From assembly GCA_918797485.1 (NCBI GenBank), contig CAKKNE010000005.1:5146001-5210000 (forward strand): a DNA stretch of 64,000 nucleotides, written 5' to 3'. A program made the translations under genes and the position numbers. The notes beneath the pieces were generated by a model. The model was given only the letters and a program-made list of their open reading frames with translations. It did not search any database and was not told where the DNA came from. Of this stretch, positions 21,684 to 31,482 are shown piece by piece. How positions within the stretch are numbered: the first letter of the stretch is position 1; each line of letters starts with the position of its first letter. Source of the DNA: Pelagomonas calceolata. Taxonomy: Eukaryota.

Positions 21684-23874
21684 TTAACAAGTACTACGAA
21701 GGTGCGCCGCGATGCGCCGCTTGACCTCCGGTAGCGCGGCGCGCAGGCGGTTCCGCATGAAGCCACTCAGCCGGTCGAAGTCCTTGGGCTCGTAGGACGC
21801 TCCCGCGTTCGAGCAGAAGCCGCCCGCATGTGCAGTTCTCAAGGGACACCACGGATCATCTTCAAAACCGACGAGCGGCAGGCAGATCAGCAACGTCCGG
21901 CCGTCGGTGTGGAAGGACACGGGTTGCGTCGCGTACGCTTTCATATCTATCGGAGGCAGGGCCACTCCCAACCGTTCCGCCGCCGTGCGCGCACGACTGA
22001 GCTCGTAGGACGGGTCGAAGCCGTCTCCCGCTAACGCGTGCATCGACGCGTCCACGGAAAAGATGACGTCGCATTTCCGCTGTAGAAGAGGCAGCCAGCC
22101 GAGGTTGTGACAGAAGCCGGCATCCGCGAGGCGCAGCGTCTTCCCGTCGGACGAGTGGAAGGTCGCGGGGTCCACGAGCGACGCGCCCGGGTCTCCATGA
22201 GGATGAGCCAGCCACTTCGCGGCCGCCGAGACGTATCCCTTCTTGCCACAGCCCTCGACTTTTTCCAAGGTCGCGCAGAACGCGGAACCGACCACACCTA
22301 GGAGGGCCCCGACGGGCTCGCCGCCCGTTAAGGAGCACGGTGGTTCATGAGAACGCCGCCCGAACGCGCAGGCGTCGACCTTCGGGCCGCCGACGGGCCC
22401 GACGTCGAACGGACCGAGCTCCCACCAGCGCCACGCCGTCCGCTCGGCCGGCGCCTCGTTGCCGGCTGCGACGCAGCGGCCGCAGCGTCGGACTAGATCC
22501 TTGTCGAGTGGCCGCGCCCTGCGAGTAATAGTTGATCAACACGGATTCTCTCAAAAGTGAAGACGCCGACGTGCACCAAACGCCTCCTTCGAAGTCCACG
22601 TCGGTCGACCGCATTCTTCCCAGAGCCGCGGCGAGCGTCGCCGCGCCGAAACCCGGGCAGCACGCGTCGCAGACCGACGCCCCGCAGGCGCGGCAGTGGT
22701 GCCGCGCGTTCGCCAGCGAGAAGCTGTCCCCGCATCGTTCGCAACAATTTTTCGAGGACCACTCCGGCCCGACCTTGACGGGCTCGACGGCCGTCAGGAG
22801 CGGCAGCGGCGCCGCGCCCTTCACAAGCTTCCTGCGGAAGGCCGCGAGCCCGAAGCCACCGTGCGCCGGCGGCGGTAATAAAGTCGCCGACAGGTGCGCG
22901 CCCCAGACGTCGACGATGCCCACGTCGTGGCCGTCGCGGCATCTCGCCGCGAAGCGGGGGAACACGAAGGAGTTTGGTGCGGAGACGCTGCCCGCGAGCC
23001 AGGCTGAATGCGGTGCTCGCAGGTCCTTCGCGACGCGGTCCCTCAGAACGTCTGGGAACTTGCGCGGATCGAACGCGTCCTCCGCGTAGAGTGCGGAGAG
23101 CGTCCAGCAGCTGCCCGAGACGCCGGAGAGATAGGTCGTCGCGTCCAGCAGGCCGCACGCGTGCGCCTCCGCCAAGAAGCCAGCGAGGGCCGTCGCCGCG
23201 CGGAGCCCGCCGCCGGACCCGCAGATACCGATTCGACCCGGCAAGTTGTCCCCTAGCAAGACCTCGAGGGCGGGCCCCGTCCTCGCGTCGCGCTGTTTGA
23301 CCCAAGCGCCCTCGTCCACAAACTCGACGCCTTTCGAATCCAGGCCTCGCGTCCGCTCCTCCACGCCCTTCGTCGCCAAATCGGCGTACTGCGACCAGCG
23401 CCGCGGGTCCCCGAGGTACGACTCGTCGGCAACGCGCTGGCCCCCGGCGCCGACGACGGCGCCCGCGACGGCCCCCGGCGGGCCCGCCGCCAGCATGCCG
23501 CCCAGCCCGCCCACGAACGCCGACTGGCCCACGCGCGACAACGACTGGTAGCACGCCGTCAGACCGCCCAGGACCACCGCGCCGGGCGGGCCGCCGACCA
23601 CTAATCCCGCCGCGGCCGCCGCGGCGACGGGCGTCGACGCGTCGCTCGCCGTCGCGGCGTCATCTAACTCCTTCACGAATATCGCGAACTGTGCGTCGTC
23701 GAGGGCGCCGCTGTCATTGCTGTCCGCGACGGACCACGCCTTCGCGCGCGCGGGCCGGCTCAGCGCCGCGAAGCGCGGGTGCCCGGCGACCCAGCTCACC
23801 GCCGCGGCGCCGCTCACCGAGCCGTTCTCCTGGAGGTCGAGGAATGCGCGCGCGGCCTCCTCTTCTGCCGCCAT
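21684..23874 (-). CDS. cPLA2/lysophospholipase-family protein with N-terminal EH/EF-hand and internal FYVE finger; intron 22519-22570
   Basis: Motifs GSGGGLRA, SGVSGSCW, LLGVVGSAFC and LADAG; FYVE motif RHHCRACG. Removing the 52-nt GT-AG intron joins the two ORF halves in frame. Confidence 0.85.
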
Positions 23875-24033
23875 GGTGCTCTCCTTGGGTGTTTGATTGA
23901 GTGTGGTCGGGCAGCCGTATGATTGCACGGAGGTCCGCGGGCTGCCTCGGAGGAGTTGTGGGCGAGTGATGCGAGGGTGGTGACGTTGTTTCCGGGTGGT
24001 AGGGTATGGAGGATGGCCTCGAGAGCATGCTTG

Positions 24034-24054
24034 CTAGTGTCTTTCAGGCGCTAG
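24034..24054 (-). promoter_or_regulatory. CTAG-bounded upstream motif
   Basis: ctagtgtctttcaggcgctag. Confidence 0.55.
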
Positions 24055-24137
24055 CTTTTGGAAGCATCTAACGCAAGCGCTGCCCCCCACACGTCATCGA
24101 CGCGACGTAAACTAAAGTAGTTAGTCCCCACTCACTC

Positions 24138-24345
24138 CTACACGACGTTCTTCAGCAGCTGCTCCCGCGCGACCTCCATGGCTTGCGATATGGTCATGTC
24201 CGTGATGTCCTTGACGGAGCCGTCCGCGCCCTGCATGAGCACGCGGTTCACGATGGTTTTGGAGTCCACTTCCAGAATAATGCCATCATCCACAGTTTCG
24301 TCGACGGTGAGCATTGCCACGTCCAGGTGCTCCAAAATGTTGTTA
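24138..24345 (-). pseudogene. COPZ: C-terminal fragment of coatomer zeta subunit, lacking its 5' half
   Basis: ILEHLDVAMLTVDETVDDGIILEVD...TISQAMEVAREQLLKNVV* matches the zeta-COP C-terminus. No N-terminal part is seen upstream. Confidence 0.6.
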
Positions 24346-24346
24346 G

Positions 24347-25294
24347 GAGGCCGTCGCGGTCGCGGTCGAGGCGTGCGCCGACGACACGAAGGGCCAGACG
24401 TGCTACATCTGCACGCAGGCCCTCCACTGGAAAACGAAGGAGGGCCTCGTGCGCATGTGCGCATGCCGCGGGACGGCGGGTTTCGCGCATGTTTCGTGTT
24501 TGGCGGAGCAAGCGAAGATTTTGTTCGCGGAGGCAGAGGATAACAATTTGGGCGCCAAAGCGTTGCAGGCGAGGTGGGACCGGTGGGACAGGTGTAGCTT
24601 GTGCAAGCAACACTACCACCGCGCCGTGGCGTGCGCGCTCGGGTGGGCGTGCTGGAAGACGTACGTCGGGCGGCCGGAGACGAACGAGCCTCGGATGAAC
24701 GCGATGAAGCGGCTTGGGAACGGTTTATCCGACGGTTACCACCATGCGGACGCGTTGTCCGTGCAAGAGGCCGAGTTGTCTCTGCTGCGGCGCCTTGGCG
24801 CACCAGCTGACGTAATTCTGTTAGTGCAGAGCAATCTTGCGATAACTTATACTGTACTCGGACAACAAGCTGAGGCCTTGCGGATCGAACGAGACGTATA
24901 CTCTGGAACTATAAAGCTCAATGGCGAAAATCACCATGATACCCTCCAAACAGCCAACAACTACGCTTCGTCCCTTATGAATCTAAAGCGCTTCGAAGAA
25001 GCCAGATCTCTGTTGCGCGAAAAGGTGCCCGTGGCACGACGCGTCCTCGGCGAGAGTCACGAACTCACGCTGAAGATGAGGTCCGTGTACGCGTGCACGC
25101 TTTACAAAGACAACGGCGCCACGCTCGACGATATCCACGAGGCCGTGACGACGCTCGAGGACGCGGAGCGGATCGCGCGGCGCGTGATGGGCGGCGCGAA
25201 CCCGATCACATCAGTTCTCGAAACGCTCCTGCGACAAGCGCGAGCGCGAGCGGCGCTCCGCGCTCGCGAAGAAACGCCGTCGAGCGAAGCGTAA
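24347..25294 (+). pseudogene. 5'-truncated RING-CH (RINGv) + TPR protein
   Basis: EACADDTKGQTCYIC...CACRGTAGFAHVSCL...W..CSLCK followed by kinesin-light-chain-type TPRs. The frame opens right after an in-frame TAG with no ATG before the RING. Confidence 0.6.
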
Positions 25295-25306
25295 GACCAG
25301 TATAGC

Positions 25307-26620
25307 TTACCACCATGACCTCCCATGCCTCCCCCGCGGCCATTCCGCCCCCTCGAGACTCATGCGCTCCACGGTCGGCGGCCCGTCGAGGAGCCGCGCG
25401 TCCGCGCCGGGCACGCGTCTGCGCGCCGCGTCGACCGACTTCCGCAGCGTTTCCGCCGCGGCGTCGCCGCGCTTCTCGCGCAGCGCGTCCCAGCTTCTTT
25501 GGGGGTCGTTCGCGACGTCGAGGAACGCGTGGAACCGGCCCGAGCCGGCGAGGTGGACGCGCCTGGCGCGCTCGGACCGCGGAGGCTTCGGGAGGTTCGC
25601 GTGGCCGTCGGCGAGCATGCCGTCGACCTTGCGCCGCAGCATGTCGAGGCGCCGCTCGGTGTGCGACTTCTTGGAGCAGGTGCACGAGAAGCCCGCGCTC
25701 GTCCCGTAGACGCAGGAGCACTGGCCGACGCGCGCCTGGCGCGTGGGCTTGGCGCGGCGGCGCCGCGGCCGCGCCTTGCGGGGCGCGGGGGGCGGGAGCG
25801 CGCGGCGCCACGTAAAGAACGCGCATCTAAGTTCTTGCCGGCCGCGGTAGCGGAACAGGACCTCGACGACGCGCTTCGCGCATTCGTTCTTCCGGAGCTC
25901 GGCGGCCCGCAGGTCCTTACTGACTTGCGCCCACCGTCCGAACCCTTGCGCGAGCTTCAGTCGCAAGAGCCGCTTCGTGACCTTGCCCGTCACGATAAAA
26001 CGCCGCCAGCGGCTCCAGCCCCGCGCGAGGCCGACGCGGTTCCGCCACCTCCGGCATGCATTTCCAAGCAAACGCGCGTTCCTTCGTAGGACCTCGAGCC
26101 TGGTTCTCCAGCAGCGCAGCGCCAGCCTCATCTTGCGGCGCGCGATTTTGTGAAGAGCGGCCGACAACCGCGAGCCCTCCCTGCATTTCTGCGTCTGTAC
26201 TATCCACTTCGCGAAGAGCCGCCCGTCGCCGCACTTCTTCCTCAGTAATGATAGAGCTCGTCGGCCCAGGTCCCGGAGCCGCGCGAGGTCCCGGTCCGCC
26301 GCGCGCCACTTCATCCAGCCGCTGAGCACGCCGGTCCGCGAGAGCGCGCGGCGCCAGATCGCGCCGATGCGCGCGCGCCGCCGCCACCTCCTCATGGTCG
26401 TCGCGCAGACGTGGCCGTCCGCAATAGCGTTGTTTTCTGCCTCGCGCGCCGCGTCGACGGCGTCGCGGCGACGCTTCAGGGCTCGACAGTCCGCGAGCCA
26501 GTCGCGCGCGCCGTAGCCTCCGTCCGTCCCGGCCGTCGTCGCGTGGACGAAGCGCGGCCCGCGCGCGGCGCCGAAGGCCGGCGCCGTCGGCTGGCGGCGG
26601 CGGAGTTTCAGGAGGCGCAT
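25307..26620 (-). CDS. Sfi1-like W-repeat helical protein (possible centrin binder)
   Basis: Basic helical protein with repeated [FW]xxW motifs (LSGWMKWR, FAKW, GWSRWR, GFGRW, AFFTWR). Confidence 0.6.
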   Translation of the reverse strand: MRLLKLRRRQPTAPAFGAARGPRFVHATTAGTDGGYGARDWLADCRALKRRRDAVDAAREAENNAIADGHVCATTMRRWRRRARIGAIWRRALSRTGVLSGWMKWRAADRDLARLRDLGRRALSLLRKKCGDGRLFAKWIVQTQKCREGSRLSAALHKIARRKMRLALRCWRTRLEVLRRNARLLGNACRRWRNRVGLARGWSRWRRFIVTGKVTKRLLRLKLAQGFGRWAQVSKDLRAAELRKNECAKRVVEVLFRYRGRQELRCAFFTWRRALPPPAPRKARPRRRRAKPTRQARVGQCSCVYGTSAGFSCTCSKKSHTERRLDMLRRKVDGMLADGHANLPKPPRSERARRVHLAGSGRFHAFLDVANDPQRSWDALREKRGDAAAETLRKSVDAARRRVPGADARLLDGPPTVERMSLEGAEWPRGRHGRSWW

Positions 26621-26807
26621 TGCCGCGTTGGGCAGCCTCCAAGACTTTGGGTCGAGCAGCTGGTGCTGGACGATACAGGACGCGTGTGCGGCACCGTGCG
26701 AGCAAGCGCCTTTCCAAGACGCTGTACGTCCGTCCACGGCACCGGGGCAGCCCCCGATCTGGTGCTCTGGACGGTGGCGTCGGTTGTGGCCATCAACTGG
26801 CTCAAGG

Positions 26808-26829
26808 CTAGTGTCTTACAGCCCGTTAG
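26808..26829 (-). promoter_or_regulatory. CTAG-bounded upstream motif
   Basis: ctagtgtcttacagcccgttag. Confidence 0.6.
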
Positions 26830-27240
26830 CACCTGTTTTTTTGCAAAGCGAGCCGACGACAGCGTCGCGGCGCACGACGCCCCGCCGAGACCGTGGGGAT
26901 ACTTCTCGACAACGCGAGCAACAAACTCGCCTCGCCGTGAGTGAAACCGCTGACCTTAGTCATCAATCAGAGCAAGTCTTCACCTGCTCATTTTTTAATA
27001 AAAGCGCGAGCACGCGGCGTCACTTATAGGCGCGCGCGGTCCACGCCGCGCAACCCGCTCACTTCAACTGGCTAAGGACGAGAAACCTAATCACACCTCT
27101 GACATACGAGGTCGAGTTCGCCTCGACCCGTGAACTTAACGATTGTAACCAGACTCTAAAGCTTTGCATCGATTCGCCGGCCGAGATGCGCGCACCGCGC
27201 CGACGCGACCCGACCGCGCGCCTCGCGCAGGCCCACGACC

Positions 27241-27785
27241 ATGTCCGAAACGACCACCCTCCCGTCGGCCGACGAGCTCCTGACGGGCGTCTCCAAGCAC
27301 GCGCACGGCTCCGTCGACGGCCTCGAGGACCCGGAACGCAAAGTCGACTGGCGCGCCGTCGGCGCCGGCCTCCGCCACTACCTGCCCGTCGTCTCAGCGT
27401 TTCGTTCGACTCGTCCGTCGCGGGTCGATGAGCTTCCAAATTCATGATTGAAATACTGAAGCGCGCTGGACAAGCGGTGCTTTCGTTGATGCCGATCTTA
27501 TAGCCGTGAGACCCCCAACGCATCGTGCCGCATCGTCCGCCGCCGCGCCGTGACCGAGCGGTGACTTTCACGCCGGCAGGTGTCCCGCGTCCCTTTCGAC
27601 GACGCCTTCTCCGGACTCGATGATGTTCTATGAAAATCAAACCCGACGACTCTGATGACGACATACGCGTGAGACTCCGGACAAGCGGCTCAGGCAGCTT
27701 GTTCGCCGCGCGGCCCGCGCGCGACCGTCTACGGCGCAGGCCTCATTCTTCCTCTTCTCTCCTACCACGTTCGTGTGTCCTGTAA
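27241..27785 (+). CDS. Small 70-aa protein ending in CaaX (SCVL); putative snoRNA host gene with exons 27241-27398, 27580-27588 and 27740-27785
   Basis: GT-AG introns 27399-27579 and 27589-27739 give an in-frame 213-nt CDS. A 5'-UTR intron is predicted at 26937 (GTGAGT)-27230 (cgcAG). Confidence 0.5.
27422..27514 (+). ncRNA. Putative intronic box C/D snoRNA
   Basis: Terminal stem GGGTC/GACCC, C-like gATGAgc, D' CTGA, internal hairpin, C'-like TTGATG and D-like GTGA. Confidence 0.5.
27610..27681 (+). ncRNA. Putative intronic box C/D snoRNA
   Basis: Stem TCCGGAcTC/GAcTCCGGA, C ATGATGT, guide TGAAAATCAAA, D' CCGA, C' CTGATGA and D-like GTGA. Confidence 0.55.
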
Positions 27786-27826
27786 TTATTGGTGATCACC
27801 ATGTAGTAGGGCGGGAGAGCTCGAAG

Positions 27827-27848
27827 CTAGCGGCCTGTAAGACACTAG
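27827..27848 (+). promoter_or_regulatory. CTAG-bounded upstream motif
   Basis: ctagcggcctgtaagacactag. Confidence 0.65.
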
Positions 27849-27988
27849 CAAGCCTGGCTTGTAAAAACTGGAGCAAAAACATCAATACTGCAACGCGCAA
27901 CGGCTCTGCGACGCGTGGAGCGCAGCCCTGCACGATTTGAGCAGGCCTGCGTGAGTTTGAGCACGCCTGCTGCAGCGCTGCGGCCACA

Positions 27989-29734
27989 ATGGTCGACTAC
28001 TCCAAGTTCGACGGCATCGCGGACAGCGACGAGGAGACGACGGAACCCATCGAGCTCGGCACGACGCGCGAAGCCGGCAACGCATTGTTCAAGCAGAAGA
28101 AGTACGCCGCGGCCATCGCCACCTACTCGGCGCTGCTCGACGACGCCGACGACGACGAAAAAGCTCTCTTGTTGTGCAACCGCAGCGCGTGCTTATTAGC
28201 CGTCGACAACGTGCTGCAGGCGTCGCGCGACGCGAAGCAGGCCACTGCACTAAAACCGCAGAGCGCCAAGGCCTGGTATCGATTCGCGACGGCGGAATTG
28301 AAACGGAAAAGCTACAAGAACGCGCGCATCGCCGCGGCGAAGGCCCACGCGTTGGATGATTCAGCGGCGACGCGGGCCCTCCTCAAGAAGTGCAAGGCGG
28401 CGGGCGCCGAGCTGTACGGCGAAAAAGTGAAAGCGCCGAGGCCGTCGCCGACGCACGTCGAGGCGCAGGCGCGCGACGCGCAGCTGGCGCTGGAGCGATT
28501 AAGAAGAATGGCCCGGGACGCCGCTGACGGCAAGGACGCGGCCCTCCAGGACGCGCACGGCATGTGCGTCTACTTCACGAAGCTCGCTTGCAACAAGGCG
28601 GATTTTCGGGAAATGATCTTCCCGGGCGAGCCCCCGCAGCGCTTTGACGATAATGACCTGCCGGGCACGCTCTGCGAGTTCCTGAATGACGAGCGCTACG
28701 CTTCATCCATAAAAAAGCGGTGGCCGTCTGTATTAAGGAAGGCGCACACGGTACTGGTAGGAGCGAAGAAGCAGGGCGAGGATGCGGGCGAGACGATGCC
28801 GCCCGAGGTCGAACGGGTCTTGTGGCCGCAGATCGTCGCCGAGGCCTACGCGCGCGAATTCCAGGAGTGCGCCCACGAAGGGACGACGGAAAGTGTGGTG
28901 GAGCTCCCGTCGTCCGTCGAAGCGCTGCCGCGCCAGGCGTGCCGGGCGCTGTCCTTGGACGCGGACGCGGACACGTGGGGCGGCGTTGGGTGCGTCGTCC
29001 CGAATTACCTGGGCAAGGACTGGCACGCGGCCGTCGCGGACGATGTGGCTCGTTTAATAGAGGAGAGCCAGACATCAACAAAGAAGACGCGGCGGCTCCA
29101 GCAGCTCGTCTGCGATGGGGATGAGCCCGGTTCGTTGGCGTCGCGCGGCGCCGTCGCGTGGCTCGACCCGACGGAGCTCGACGCGGACTTCCCGGCCCTC
29201 GCCGAGCTCGCGAAGAGGCTGCGGGGCCTGCCCGAGGCCTTCGCGCAGGCGGCGGCATCAAAACCCGACGCGCGCGAGGTCCGGCCGCTGCTCGAGCCCG
29301 CCCTACCGATCGAGTGGGAGCCGTGCGCGGCCCTCGCGCCGCCGTCGAAGGGCCCCCAGCTTCTTGTTTTAGACCCGGACCACGTCGTCGACAACAACTT
29401 GTTTCTCTGCGACGGCGACGGAGACGGCGCGCGGCCGCTCATCTCGGCGCTCTACTTCGTCGACGGCGGTGACCCGCGCGCGCATTTGTTAGATCCGGAC
29501 CCGAAGGCGAAGCCGCCCGAAACATTGGGAGGCGACGTGGTTTTGAAAAGGGCGCCAGATGGTGACTTCGCGCACGTCGAGCCGCGGGCCGACGCGCTCG
29601 TGCTCTGGCGGTCGAAGCTCTGTTACCACGCGCGCGAGCCCGTCAAAAAGGGGTGCCGCGCCGTCGTGCGCCACTGGGTCTTCGCGGCGCCGGACGTCAT
29701 GGAGCGGAACCGCGACAAGGCGGCGGCCGCGTGA
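27989..29734 (+). CDS. TPR + 2OG-Fe(II) oxygenase (prolyl-hydroxylase-like) protein
   Basis: MVDYSKFD N-terminus, three TPRs (GNALFKQKKYAAAI), and a C-terminal VEPRADALVLWRS..YH..EPV..RAVVRHW. Confidence 0.75.
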   Translation: MVDYSKFDGIADSDEETTEPIELGTTREAGNALFKQKKYAAAIATYSALLDDADDDEKALLLCNRSACLLAVDNVLQASRDAKQATALKPQSAKAWYRFATAELKRKSYKNARIAAAKAHALDDSAATRALLKKCKAAGAELYGEKVKAPRPSPTHVEAQARDAQLALERLRRMARDAADGKDAALQDAHGMCVYFTKLACNKADFREMIFPGEPPQRFDDNDLPGTLCEFLNDERYASSIKKRWPSVLRKAHTVLVGAKKQGEDAGETMPPEVERVLWPQIVAEAYAREFQECAHEGTTESVVELPSSVEALPRQACRALSLDADADTWGGVGCVVPNYLGKDWHAAVADDVARLIEESQTSTKKTRRLQQLVCDGDEPGSLASRGAVAWLDPTELDADFPALAELAKRLRGLPEAFAQAAASKPDAREVRPLLEPALPIEWEPCAALAPPSKGPQLLVLDPDHVVDNNLFLCDGDGDGARPLISALYFVDGGDPRAHLLDPDPKAKPPETLGGDVVLKRAPDGDFAHVEPRADALVLWRSKLCYHAREPVKKGCRAVVRHWVFAAPDVMERNRDKAAAA

Positions 29735-29813
29735 TTTTTCTTGTTGTTTAATTTTGTGGATAACATACCCCGTCGACGCGTCGTAGCGCTTCGTTGCGCA
29801 CTTCCGATGCGCG

Positions 29814-29833
29814 CTAGCGGCGTAAGGCACTAG
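29814..29833 (+). promoter_or_regulatory. CTAG-bounded upstream motif
   Basis: ctagcggcgtaaggcactag. Confidence 0.55.
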
Positions 29834-30071
29834 GAATCACTGCGCCGCGGCTCTGGAGGCGGCGTTTCAGCCATTAGATACAGTTACGCATCGCCGAAGG
29901 CTTCGCGAGCCTCGCTAATATACGTTACGCACCAGCTCTTGAGGTCAGCGCAGCCCGGGGCAGGCGCACAGGACTTCAGGCCTGTGGCACTTCAATACAG
30001 TGCTCAGCCGCGCGCGCGCCGTAGCAGCCGCGACAGCCTGGACGCGCGCGCCGCAAGAGTAGCGAAAGAAG

Positions 30072-31472
30072 ATGGCCGCCCTCGCCGCAGAACAACGCGA
30101 GCCGCGCGTCCTCTCCGTCCAGAGCCACGTTGCGCACGGCTACGTGGGCAACAAGTCCGCGGTCTTCCCGTTACAACTGCTCGGCTTCGAGGCTGACGCC
30201 GTGAACAGCGTGCAGTTCTGCTGCCACACGGGCTACCCGACGTGGCGCGGCCAGGTCCTGGGGGGGGACGACCTGTGGGGCCTGGCGACGGGTCTCGACG
30301 CGAACGGACTCCTGGAGGGCTATTCTCATATACTAACGGGCTACATCGGGTCCGCGACTTTTCTGCGAAAGATCGTAGATCTGGTCACGCTCGTGAAACA
30401 AAGGAGTCCTTCATCCGTATATGTCTGCGATCCCGTGCTTGGGGACCACGGCAAGCTCTACGTGCCGGCCGAGCTCGTCGAGATCTATAAGAAGGACGTC
30501 GTGCCGCTCGCTACACTACTAACGCCGAACCAGTTCGAGCTGGAACTCTTAACGGACACGTCGATCAAGAACGAAAGTGATGCTGTGAACGCAATCAACA
30601 AATTACATAGTCGAGGCGTCGAGCAGGTCTGCGTCACGTCCCTTGATTACGTGCCGAACCGCATCGTCATGCTTTTATCCCTCAAGGGCAGGGTGTATGT
30701 GTTGGAGCTGCCGCGACTGCGAGGAAGGTATACGGGCACGGGGGACCTCACCGCCGCGTTGTTACTAGCGTGGTTAAGTCGACACCCGTTGGAGCCCGCG
30801 CTCGCGCTGGAGAAGGTCGGCGCGACGCTGTCCGCGGTGCTGCGAAGAACATTAAGGGAGCGGAGCGCGCGGACGATCGACGGGAAGCAGGTCCCGCCCG
30901 AGATCGCCTTGGTTAGATCGAAGAGACATATCGAGGACCCGCCACGGACGGCGCCCGGCGGCGACTACGCGCTGGTGGCGCGGTGCCGGCGCGACCGGCT
31001 CAAGGGCGTGGTTTTTGTGGACGTCGACGTCGACGCGAGGGCATTGAATGAATGCGGGGCGCCGGCGTGGCTGCGGAAGCGCGGGGAGCTGGTGGTCGGC
31101 GGCGTCGGCGGGAGCACGTCGCGCGCGTTCCATTGTTCCGACGGGTCCGTCTCAGACTTTTGTGAGAGAAGGGGACTCTCCCCTAATACGGTGCTGGCCG
31201 TCGTCGGTTCCGAGGCGGGCGCGGCCCAAGCACGACAAGCGGGGTGCTTCGTGTGTGCCTTGTTGCCGGGCGAACCCGTCACCGAAACTACGGAAGAGGG
31301 GGGCTACCTGAACGGCCACCGCCCGCTGCGCATCGCGCGCGGCCTGTCTTGGTTCGCCGAGGGCGACGACGACGACGTGCCTCCTGTTCCTGAGGCGCCG
31401 GCCTGGGCGGCGCCGTGCGACGTCTGCGCATCGTCATTGGCTGGGCTTGATAGATATCTTAACTGTGAATAG
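30072..31472 (+). CDS. PDXK: Pyridoxal kinase with C-terminal extension
   Basis: Motifs VLSVQSHVAHGYVGN, HTGY, TGYIG, CDPVLGD, TPNQFE and GTGDL. Confidence 0.93.
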   Translation: MAALAAEQREPRVLSVQSHVAHGYVGNKSAVFPLQLLGFEADAVNSVQFCCHTGYPTWRGQVLGGDDLWGLATGLDANGLLEGYSHILTGYIGSATFLRKIVDLVTLVKQRSPSSVYVCDPVLGDHGKLYVPAELVEIYKKDVVPLATLLTPNQFELELLTDTSIKNESDAVNAINKLHSRGVEQVCVTSLDYVPNRIVMLLSLKGRVYVLELPRLRGRYTGTGDLTAALLLAWLSRHPLEPALALEKVGATLSAVLRRTLRERSARTIDGKQVPPEIALVRSKRHIEDPPRTAPGGDYALVARCRRDRLKGVVFVDVDVDARALNECGAPAWLRKRGELVVGGVGGSTSRAFHCSDGSVSDFCERRGLSPNTVLAVVGSEAGAAQARQAGCFVCALLPGEPVTETTEEGGYLNGHRPLRIARGLSWFAEGDDDDVPPVPEAPAWAAPCDVCASSLAGLDRYLNCE

Positions 31473-31482
31473 TATTTTCAAG

